64,000 nt of DNA. Source: Catajapyx aquilonaris. Taxonomy: Eukaryota. The position numbers and the translations under genes are program-made. Below are positions 52,701 to 64,000 of the stretch, one piece after another. Below the pieces are notes generated by a model, which made no database searches, had not been told where the DNA came from, and was given only the letters and a program-made list of their open reading frames with translations. Numbering within the stretch: position 1 is the stretch's first letter; each line of letters opens with the position of its first letter. The stretch covers positions 62,001 to 126,000 of the forward strand of contig KZ538016.1 in assembly GCA_000934665.2 (NCBI GenBank). Direction: 5' to 3'.

Positions 52701-55700
52701 AATAAACTGCGTTATCCATCAAGCTCTCGGAAAAGAAACGGAACCGCATGTGATTTATGCTTTATGGTACATTACAGCCCGCATTTATCTCGTGATCAGA
52801 AGCTGTCAATTCTTATCATCATATATACCCTCGTTAATATTCTCCGACCCTAAAACCAGTTTCATAGCCTTCCAGTTTTCCCGGGCATGCGACTCTTCCT
52901 GAAACATTAGTGATGCGGGTCGTAATCCGCCATAACAAACTTAATTACAAGGTAATAAGAGGTGCATCACTGTCTGTCAGGTTGCATTTTTAAAGCCCTG
53001 AAGCTGCTGACGTAAGTAATTAACTGCCATTGCACATATTATCCTCAGCCTCCAGTTACTTCATTAGCTCCCTTTGTTAAGGCTCCAGGCGATATTAAAC
53101 ACCTAGCTCAACCAGACATCAATTTCGGGTTGCTCAATAAAACACACCCCCGGTAAACAAGCTGAACTCGTTGAGCGGGAGTGCTCAACATTAACTAACA
53201 TGTTCTACATGACGTCAGGTGGCCGGATCGTTAAAGAATCATGCTTTTCGATCTAATCCCTCCCTCCCTCCCTCCCTCCCTTCCTCTCAAATAGACGACG
53301 ACCCGCGGGTCTGATGCTGCCGGTTTTCGCACATCAACCCCTGCCTGTCCACATTTAGTGTACAGCTTGGGAACCTCAGCAGTTGATTCCCATGAGCCCC
53401 ATCGCTCACAGTACGGCAGCAGTTAACCGCCCGGGCCGGGGAAGAAAAATACCTGCATTTTCGCTCTGGAATCATTTGCGCTCGCGCTGCGAAATTAACG
53501 GGATGGCACACTGGGCCCAGACTCGGGGTCTTATTATTCCGCATTCACTAACGTTCAAGCCGCTCTGCCCATTACCCGTATAAATCGATGTGGAGAACAT
53601 CTCATTCAGATTGGATAATGGAGATTATGCCCATTATAATTACCAATGGGCTGGATAGCTGGAGGGGGAGGCTGACAGTGGTCGGATTACATCCTTAACC
53701 ACGATATACGATATCCTTCGTCACAATCCTATCTAATTACGGAGAGCCCCGTCTATTTAACGTTTTTCTGCGAATATTTCGTAGCTAAGTTATTGTGTAG
53801 TTGCATTTAACACTTGCGTCGAGGCTTATCCGTCGAGTACAACAATACCCTATAACTGCTGTCGTCAGTTCCAATACGTGCGTATAGGCAAATCTGATAC
53901 GGGCCCGGTGCCAGTATGCATACCATTAATGTGCAGGCTATTGCGAAATGGGACACACGCTGCGTCTGAGAGATATGAGGTGATGGGGCACATTCGATCT
54001 GCCAATAGTTTTTCGTTCATTTTGACCCGAGGGCGGTAATAGTGACGATAAGCGTGGGCAGAGCCCGAATGTTTGGCTATTTTTGAAGAAAAGTACAAAA
54101 TAAATCTGGCTTTGTGCGCTTGCCAGCATTCACCCGGCCTTCCAAGCTTTCGCACCAGTCTCCGCTAGGCTTGAAAGCCAGTGTGAATTCTGGCAGCGTG
54201 CAAGGACAAGATTTATTTGTTCTTTGTTCAGAAATGGCGGATAATAGAATGAGATAGCGCCACTCGGTTCAGTTTCTCACCTGCAGCACGAGGCGAGGCT
54301 GGAATCAAGCCACATTGGTGTATAGAGTCAGAATTTCGCGAATATGCTTGTAAACCGGGTCTATTACTCAAACAGTTCCTAAAAACTCTCGCTTGAACGC
54401 TCACAACATATTGGATGTCGGTATAACAAAGTGATTAGTCAAGCCGCCCGGTTCTGGCACGTTCACAAAGACTAGCACCTGCAGGTCATAAAAATTACCT
54501 GCGACTAATCATGTGTACCGCGACGGCTGTATAGGTACTAGTCAACATCAAAGCAAACTGCCTCTAACCCGACGCCATTATTCACCAATAAGCACTCTAT
54601 TTCAATGTCCAAAGCCTAATAATCTAGTCACCTCTATTTTGTCTCTCCCATTGATGCATATGCCGCAAATGTGGAAACCCAATCCCGGATAAAAATATAT
54701 ACGTAATGGACTGAACAGGTCATCAAAATGTACTTAGTCAATCACTCGGTGTCAGGTTTTGATCCTGTGAGAGCTCCCTCTTGAACTAACGACTTGAGCA
54801 GAGCACCACCCTGTACACTGCCTCGTTGCTGAATTTTTTAAAAGCACCCAACATGCGCCCCTGCAAAAATCTGATCCCGTGAGTTGATTACATGAGCCAT
54901 ATTACTCCTAGGTACCTTACGCAGGCTGCTTTCCCTGAAACCAGCAGTAACATGGAGGCGTCGGTTCAAGGCTGTCTCATGAATGTGCAATTTCCTAGCT
55001 TTCTGTAAATGGTGACTCGGAAGCCCCGTTTGCCATGAGGAATTCCACCGGGAGGAGAGTTCTCGGCTCGACGAACGCTCTTCATCGTAAGTAAATTTCC
55101 GTCGAGAAAAGCTCCTCCGCCACCGCCCCCTTCCCGCTTTCTCCTACAGTACGTTCCGCCTAACTATACCCCGCTGTCAGCAGTTCACTGCAATATAACT
55201 ACACAGAACCATTCACTCCTCCGGTTAATGCGACTTGATAATCTCGGTCAGGGACGAGTTATGCCGGGTCGCCAGGGAGCAATACGGACTATCAGAACCA
55301 TTGTCGGCGGATTATCGCACACAAATAAACGTACGCAAATATCAAATGTCAACCGCTAGGCCGCAGTTAACGCCTGAATTCTGCTTGCTGTTTGGTTACG
55401 GCAATAAATTCCTCGCTTCAGAAACCACTCGTCAGGTCCAACTGTGTGGTAGGAAACCGCCAATAACAGTTCCGCTAATCGAATCACCGAATTTTGTGCG
55501 TCAAGTAATTTTGTAACGTTATACGTCCACGAAGACAATATGTCGGGTTACAAACGGAACTTATCCACTGACATAAACTATATGCCGTCCCTAAGTGCTG
55601 TCACTGTACGTAACTGTACAGTGCAAGTTCTAGGATGGCTTAATCAACGTTCCGCAGCGGGCGTTTCTATTTCCCGCAGATTTACGTGTTAATCGGCCTG

Positions 55701-58700
55701 TATGGTTCAGGCGACTGCCATTTTCCATTAGACGCGAGACTGGCTAGGGAAAAAAATAATCCCGGAGCTATACACCTCCATAGCAGAATTACTGTCCGTA
55801 CATCCCACGCCTATACATCGCCCCAGGGAATTCCCAGCATTTCACATGTATTACCAATCCAGCTATACTCTGAAAACAGCAAACATGAAATTGAGGTTGC
55901 TGTATGCGGAATAATCTGCTTTGCTGTCTTCATTCCTTTCAGACAGCAGCGAATCACCGCGGAAATGAAAATGTGAAATAATAAAAGATGAGAGAGAAAA
56001 AACTCAAAGCCCAATTCCACCGGTTTTAAATTGCCTAGTCCTGGACGAGGAGGCACGTTTATTACGAGGCTCACTTACATTGGCACGTTCCTCATACACG
56101 TATTCATCTGCTTCAGTCAGTGGAAATCCTCCTGAATTAAACCTCGCAGGCACGTCTTTTTATCAACGGAGAGAGAGAGAGAGAAAAAAAGGAGAAGAGA
56201 CTCGCACCTCCTCGGTTCCTCAAATTTACCTTCCTGTTTTTTCATCAGTAGACTGCAAGCAACTAATGAAAGCGGCACTTGCAAATCCGGGGAAAGAGAA
56301 GCGCTCAGATATATTATCCAAATGATGGGCGGGAGATCCGTTCTTCCCGCCTGAGAAACACGAATGCAAGCCATTTGTTTGCACTCGCCACCCATAACTC
56401 CCCACTTGGATATAATTTTCAGAGCAGGTAAGGATTCTGCTTCTTGGCACATTTACTTTTATTGCAGTCAAAGGTTTCTAGGCGCCCCTATACCCTTCCG
56501 GCTCGGTAGGCATTCTTTAAGCGACATCTATGCGCCGCCATAACTTTTTCATGGTGACAGTTACTATTTTACAAAGCTCATTCCCTGCACGGGAAGCGCA
56601 GAGTTATAGGCACAATTCCAGAGCGTAAAATTCCCCCATACTGGATATGCGAATAAATGGCAAGGGGCAACAATATCACGGGACAACTTAATAAAATGCA
56701 TTCCGCTGATAGCAATAATCTCGCAAAGGGCGGACATGCACGTTCATTAATCAATACGGTTGCATCTTGCTCCTTTCAAGCGGTGCGACCACATATCACA
56801 TTCCATTACCATCGGAAAACGTATATTGTTTCCCGAAAGACAGACGGAGTGTACGTATATAGAAAATCGCTGAAGGCAGTGCAGGAAAACGATATGGGAG
56901 GGAAAAAAACCTATTTCCTTGGAAGCTCCCAAAATGAGGAACAGGATCCATTTCCGTGATATCTAACACTAGTCCTACATAAAAAGACATCGAGATCCTT
57001 GCAAAACTTGGACCTGTTTGGCCCCGCCCCCTCCTGCAAATTGAAAATAGTGACATCCGAGATTCTTCGATATCCGAATACATCCCATAGTTCACAGTCG
57101 TTCTCTTGGCACCCGAAAACGAAGCTGTACAAAGAACGAAGAATTTCGTTATCGCGGACACAGCCATTATTAATGTAGCCCTTGCGACGCGAGTCATCAA
57201 TTCACGTCTCGTACTCCTCCGCCGTTCCGAGACGTGAATATTGACTTCGCACTATACCTAATCAAATACAACTTTCTGTGTGTTTTTTGCGGACCTTCTT
57301 TGAATGGAGCTCTTTTCACAGGTCACACCGACCTTAATTATGCAGCGGGAAGGTAGGGAGAAAAAAAGGCTGGAAATATATTCAAGGCATGTGAACGTGG
57401 CTGGTGACTACCCCTCTCCTTCGCCGAATTTTCTCCAGGAAGAGAGAAAAGAAAACACAAGAAATGGAATTTGATGCCACCGAGAAAAAGTTCGCCCTCT
57501 GGCAAGCGGGATCCGCCACTTGAATACAATTACTGACGACGTGGGAAACTGGAAGGCAACTTTGTTTTCCAGCCGGAATAAGATGGTCTCAAGGAGGCGT
57601 TATATTTGTGACCAGACGGGTAAGAGCGTCAGGACCAAAACAAGATTCAGGAGGATTCAACCTGTCAACTACCCTAACCATAAAAAAGGCAGAGAAATTC
57701 CAAATATTTGGACAGTCTTTTTCGGCACTGACGGAGTTGAACCAAAACACCACCTTTACACTGCCACTGAAGGACTTTTCGTGGCGACGCGACGAACGCA
57801 CTTTAGTTACCTGGTGGCCAAACACGCAACTGCAGGCCAATTACAGTAATCTATTCCGTGCTTGTGCGTATTACATCTCTGCCATCATCTGCCTCTCGGT
57901 CTAATTCGCAAATGAAAACCATAATCAGAAATTAAATTACATGCGGGGTGCATTAGTTGGGAAAGCTTTCAGTAGATGTGGATGAAATAATAATCCTGCG
58001 TATACCGCTTTTGCAGAGAAAAATGAGCAACCAAATGAAAACCTTCCCTCCGGTGATAAACGCGGGGGCCTAAATTATTTGGAGGCAGTTAGACTGCAGT
58101 GTGGCAACGTGAAATAATTTAATTCCGGACCCCCCAAGGTACCTGCACGACGTAGTTTTCCTCCCTGTTGAAGAATCCCCTCCCATTCCAGTTATGCTGC
58201 ATCTAAGCTCTCCCCTCTTCCCTTCGTCTCGAAACCTGGCTATTAATTTTAATTACTACAACGCGCCACTAGAAACCGGCAACAGTGCACTTTTCCCCTA
58301 GTCACATATACTGCGTCTATATGATAGTCCGGCCCGGGCTTTATTTCCCCATCCAATCTCCAGGGAAGGGGCGAGAGCGAGTTGAAATCCAAACACCAGG
58401 AATACGAGTGTGTACCCGTACAAATACATTAGGCATTGGCCAAATGTCAACTTGGAATAATAAAATGCTGTTCGAGAGAACCCGCGCTTTTCTGTTGTCT
58501 CTACGGGCCTTTTTGAAACGTTCACTATTTCAGATCTTCCTCTGGATTCGAAATTATTGTGCCAGGACCATGCTCCGCAATCCAGCAAGTGGAGGCAAGA
58601 ATGGGCCAACCAACCACTCCTCTGGCATCAATTGTTGACTGGGAGAACATTAGGGTACATAATTCACTGGTGATGTGATTACATCGGACAGGGCACATCC

Positions 58701-61700
58701 TGCCAACCGGTATGCTACTGTCGACGTCATTCGACTAAACCAGCAGTGCCGTGACGTCAAAGTTACCGGTCGTTTGCACGTGAAAAGTCGCAAACTGAAT
58801 TCTGAAGTACTTACTCCAGCCTGCATTGGTCCCAGAGCGGCTTTTCCTTGTGATGGGATTCGCACTTTTTTTTCCTCGCAATTTTGGTATTTCCAAGGAA
58901 CTCGTTACACTCCAAAGTTTGGTGTTAAATTCCATATTGGAGCGGTTACATGCAGTAGTTAACGTTTTCTCTATGGTCCGATTGTGTCAATTTGAACGAA
59001 GGGAAAATTTTCTATAACGCATTGTTAATATTAGGCATAATTGGAAATTTGCCATTAACTTGCGTTCATAAGCTAATCGATGTAATATTCAAGTTATTTT
59101 CGCAAACTATGCCTGAGTTCTAGTAAAGAACTTGGGTACTTTACAATGTCGTCACCAATTGTCGCAATAATTAGCATATAAACCGCTCCACACAACCATC
59201 CGACAACGTCCCGCAGGAATGAAACTTAAACGTGACTAGCGACTAAACTACTGGTTGAAAATGAAAGCGGTCGTTACATTTCAAGTTACGTCACATGCCC
59301 TCTTACCACCGATATCAAGAAGTACGAATGTATGCATAAAGTGGTGCTAGACTTAAGTATTCAGAGTAAGATTGAACGTCAGTTTTTTTTTTGGCACTAT
59401 TATGTCAGCATAAAGAGGTCACCTATATATGCCTTGAAATACGACCACTTTCATTTTCATTATGCAGTGAGTTACATTTCACATCATTTTGCTGCCTAAA
59501 GACAAAGGCAAGGTCAAGGGTTAGTTCCTGAATTTTATGTTTACATACCAGACCACACTAAATCAGTACAAAACAAGCGCAATTCAACAACAATCATCCC
59601 GCAGATTCCGGACTGGTTCTCAGAATCCCCTAGTAGAAACGTGCCCCCATGAAAGTCATGCGCCAGTCATTTGCATAATTTTGACAGGGGGATGTGAAAC
59701 CGGATGAAATTCATCGCCGGGGACTGCGGTCCCGAGCCCGGACACTAATCACTCAGAGCTCAGAACGAATAAAAAAAGAGGAAGGAGTAAAAAAGTGTCT
59801 GCAATGCCCACGATTGAGGCCACAACACGCATATTCAAGTACAGCACGACCAAAGTGTCGCTAAAGCCATCAACTCTTTGGAGGTTTTATTTTTATTTTT
59901 TAGAGTTGTCGTGTTTAGCTCTCCGGCTGTACAAAATCGACCAGCACAAGTTATTTTTACCGCAGTCGCCAAGCAGCAGCGCAGTTAACAGCTACTCGGG
60001 GACTGCTGCCTTGCCTTAATATAAACCAACCCAATGTCTGAATAATCCAAGGAGGCCTATAGTGCGCCTCTTCAATGGACATGGCTTGTGGGGAGATGAA
60101 AGGGAGAGAAAATTCGAGGGGGCCGGGCGCTGTAACAAAGCCAAATTACCGAGATTGTTACTGGAGTGAGTGACAGGAATAAAAGTGGTATATAAGGAGA
60201 AATAGGTAACCTCGAAGGAGTGGACAAAAACTCAATATTTCGCCTCTTAAGTTCTCCTTCCCCCATGACAGTGCCACGCTAGGTTGTTAAGACGCTTGAA
60301 AACAATTACTCCTGATTGCAATTAAGAAAACGAGGATTAGTCCAGATTTTGGGAAACTTTTACAATTACCGTCCTTGTCAGGTCAGGACACATAACAAAT
60401 ACAATACATAATTGCGTACTAGAAAGTTAGTAATTGTTACTTTTTTGAAGTAGCCACTGCTACTAGCTGTCCGACCAAAGCTGTAATAGGTTTCAGCATT
60501 ATGGGTAGGGCCACCTAGTCACGTAATTTGCTGCTGCATTGGCAATGTTCCCTCAAATGATGGCATTGTGGCACCGAATTCAGAATAAAACTAATCTGGA
60601 ACATTGCTGGAGCGCGCCGCACCATACGACGCTCGAGTTGGTCCATTTGACCACTTGGTCCTAAGCACTTACGGTGAACATGTGAAATTAAACATCAACA
60701 ATGGCGACTCGCCATGGCGTTAACTGGCAAGGTTCCAAGGCTTTTCTGTTCCCTAAGGTGCACTGATGGCACAGCCTGAATGAAAGTTGATATTAAAGAA
60801 ACATCCTCCGGAGCCAGTTGGCCTACTGCTGCTTACCACACGAATCCAGTGTATTTCTAAGGCGAGACCCAAACGTCACTTTGATGCTTCGACTGCAAAA
60901 CATCTGCAAAATGTGTGGCATTTAAACCGTATCCTACTATGCAGGCAGCCTTGACTCATGTCATGGGGCTAGCTAAATTTGCGAAATATATGATATAACT
61001 CATGCTGTTTTCCACGCAACAGAATAATTATGTCGACTCCTGCGAATTATTTTCGTTGTCAAAATCAGCTTGTCATGGTTTCTGAACTCGTTGCATTCCT
61101 CCCTCCCACACGCTTGATGTATCTGCGCTGTATTTAAATTGCATCAGCGGGTAGGGCGGCCAAGTTTCCACGACCAGTGTAGAGTATTACCTTAATTTAG
61201 CATGCGCAGGTCAGTGTGTACCTTTTCCCCCATGGCGAAATGAAAGGAGACCTCCCATAAATTACATGCGTGCTTGCCAACGCCGCCTCCTGAATGAGTG
61301 GGATTGGAGGGATGATTCATTTCCACAGGTAATAACACATTGCGGCGTCCATTGGATAGACGGCGGCAGATTCGCAGCGGAATGAACAGCTCGGCCAAAT
61401 TAGAAAGCCTTGCTTCCCCGTGGCTCCCAAAACACAGGGCTTCTCTAATGGAAGATGAAAGCGAAACATGTCCTACGGTGATGAAGGAAACTCACGTGAA
61501 GATGATGAACCTTCCCCCCTCGCACACACAACCCATTTTGCATCATTACTCAGCATGCTACGAGCCATAAATCGAGTCTCAACCAGCAACATTATTCATG
61601 AGGAACGCGCTACCTTTCAGCCAAATTTGATATGAGCTTGGTTGACGAAAAGGAGGCAAGCAGGCATGTTATACACATGTAATCTCCAGTTCAAACTCCC

Positions 61701-61788
61701 ATCAGTTGGCCTAATACAAGTGGATGAGTGACCTGGAGATCTGCATTGTTATGGTGGGTCTCTGATTGTCCCGACTGGGGCAACTAAC

Positions 61789-62176
61789 CGTCGTGGTCTT
61801 CGTCCATGTCGTCGTCCCAGGCAAAGGTGCCGTCGGATTCGTCCCAGCACTTGGGTATGCCCATGGGCATGGGTGGAGGTGGCGGGGGAAGGCGCGCCTG
61901 TTGGGCAACATGTTGGTGGTACTGGCACTGCGGTTGATGCTGGTAATGCTGGACCGGCAACTGGTGCTGAGACGATGAGGATGATGAAGAGGAGGATGGA
62001 GCCGGCGGAGGTGGAGGAGGTGGCGGAGGAGGCGGAGGTGGTGTCGGAGGGGACGGCGGGGCATGATGCCCGCCGGACACCTGGTTGTGGTGGTTCCCCT
62101 TTGCCTTTTCGGTCACCACAGACGCCGCGCGACACTTCTCAGTCACCACCGTCACGCTCCAGTATCCCCAAGCCAT
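61789..62176 (-). CDS. aPKC: Candidate alternative first coding exon of aPKC; Pro/Ser/Gln/His-rich, ending WDESDGTFAWDDDMDEDHD
   Basis: ATG in ACCATGG context with an in-frame TGA four codons upstream; 129 codons of coding-like low complexity. Donor G|GTTAGT is phase 1 and regenerates V-FPNVPP when joined to 29696. Assignment to aPKC is an inference. Confidence 0.65.
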
Positions 62177-62618
62177 GGTCCTAGCTCACTTTTGACGCCC
62201 AGTCTGTCACGTCCGACAGAATCGAAAGCCCTGCATCTGACAACAAGACATCGCTATAACCTAATCACCTGGCCCTGTTTAGCCCTGGACGAAACATTTT
62301 CCGGATCATAACCGGCGGTAAGTGGGCAACGTAAAGTGGGACCGCAACGTAGAGGCTGCCAGAAAGGCAGGCAGGCAGTTGGCCTGGAGTTCAGCCAAAA
62401 CGCAACCACCACCACTACCTCGGCCCCACCTTGAAAGAACATGCAGTCGATCACCGAGCTGGCTTTAATTGGCCGAATGGAGGCCCTTTTTGAGGGGCGG
62501 TCACGAAACCTAAAAAGGAGGTTGGTAACGCGCCTGCACCGACAAACCGCGCCTGACCCACGCAATCGCCCCTCGTTTTATATATACATACACATACACA
62601 CACGCATTCACTTGCAAA

Positions 62619-62629
62619 CACTGACGTCA
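62619..62629 (-). promoter_or_regulatory. CRE palindrome overlapping an arthropod initiator-like TCAGT, upstream of the distal candidate first exon
   Basis: The minus strand reads GTGACGTCAGTGTT, about 450 nt upstream of the ATG at 62176. Confidence 0.35.
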
Positions 62630-64000
62630 CCGGGGTCAGACCCAGTGTGAAATTTGCATGTTTAACAAACAGGCACGTAAATGTGCAGCTGACTAGCTTG
62701 TTTTGCTGATGCGGTGAGACATAACGCGGGCTCATTTTCGCAAGGAGATATAACTCACAGCCGTTTCGCATTCCTTCCGACAGCTATTGCTAGTTACTTG
62801 TAGCCGGATAAGGCCCATCGTCTTAACCTATCTGATCAACCGCAAGCAATAAAAAAGAGCGTTCAAGATGACTTTTTTTTTTTTTTTTCCTCTTTCTACC
62901 CGAAGCAGCAGGAACTACGCCGGTCGGCTTAGCAATACACGTCAGAGTTACGTGATGTATATTTATTAACATTAATCCCTACTCAAACACCCACAGCCCT
63001 CGGCGAAGGCGCTCATCCATCATGTTTCTATCGGCCCTTATTCCGCAAATACTTTCGACGCCTTTATTACCATTAAAATTTATCTTACCGGAAAGGGGAT
63101 TACCCGCCGCTGAAAATATCGGCACTTTTAATCAATTCCCAATCAATTTGAACAAATGCACAATGTGCAGGAGCAATCCACGGCGCATCGATCAAAGTCG
63201 TGGAACTTTCAGATAATGGCTTCTGAAGCACGTGTCATCTTCGCGTGACAGTCGGAAGGTACAAACACTGCGATTTCTGATATGCCACTTGTAACACGTG
63301 CCTGACAATTGGTCTGCTTCTCCTTTTTTGTGTTTTTTTTTTAAACGCCGCGCCTTCGATTGGCTGCATGCACTTACGTATTATTGATCTGAACGACAGC
63401 CGACCTGACTAGACCAACACGAACTCACGTGGCGAAACGTACATATCTACACCTGTCAAGGTTGACTGATCCGCCTATCGCACATTGATCGCACACCACA
63501 AAACTTCAGCTGCACTCGCTCACAAACCGCGCACAGGGCCAGGTGTGACCTCGAGTCTAACCTGCTAGTGTCGAGGGTATGTTAAGTGTGCTATAACAAC
63601 GCAGTGTAGATCCCCGCCTGTCCGGCTCCCCTGGCTTCCTCCAGCTGACTGCAGGCAGGCGGGTGGTGGCAGGGTGGGCCTCGGCAGAGGTGGGCATGGG
63701 CAAAGTGGGTGGGTGGGTGGGAGGGAGGGCACGAGAGGAGAGTCAGTGCGACGCGGGTTGCGAGCTGGGTCGGTGGCGAAAATTTCAGACTCTCCTTCAC
63801 CCAGACCAAGCTCATTTTTCCAGGGGCTTTTGCTACATCGCACCCATTTCGAGGGAGGACCCCCCGAAAAAAAAAACCCGCAGTTGGAACATCTGCGACT
63901 TACTTCTTCACTAACGATATCTCTGCAGATGTGCGCTCAAACTGGGCACTATCTGGCTGTCCACTAAATTAAATAACACGTGTACTGGCGCAAGGTGGTC

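Noticed and set aside
61711..62184. Additional overlapping ORFs around the Pro-rich exon
   Set aside because: These are shadow frames of GC-rich triplet repeats. Only the 62176 frame has both a strong ATG and a phase-compatible donor.
29697..64000. Main PB1-coding exons of aPKC (KW.DEEGDPC type)
   Set aside because: I searched by eye on the minus strand and found no match. A DPC-encoding stretch near 51445 continues as RESPETT, unlike PB1. The exons are probably beyond the window, though I could have missed a short one.

Overview
This is eukaryotic, most likely arthropod, genomic DNA with spliceosomal GT-AG introns and long non-coding stretches; I see no prokaryotic operons, rRNA, tRNA or CRISPR arrays. 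The one clearly identifiable gene is atypical protein kinase C (aPKC) on the minus strand. I reconstructed its frame-consistent exons from 29696 to the stop at 23812: the end of PB1, pseudosubstrate, C1, hinge, kinase domain and AGC C-tail ending [19 protein letters not shown] did not find the main PB1-coding exons, which probably lie beyond position 64000. Main observations: (1) two tandem, homologous 116-nt exons that look mutually exclusive and encode two different aPKC C-tails, NFDPQFT versus NFPPEFT; (2) two candidate alternative first coding exons in the large upstream intron (31612-31726 and 61789-62176), both splicing in phase onto the post-PB1 exon; (3) sharp CpG depletion over the constitutive gene body; (4) a candidate spliced plus-strand transcript near 12.4-13.2 kb; (5) a fold-back MITE, a CCAAT-bearing minisatellite and several CRE palindromes. 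All coordinates and counts were made by hand, without alignment or database search.
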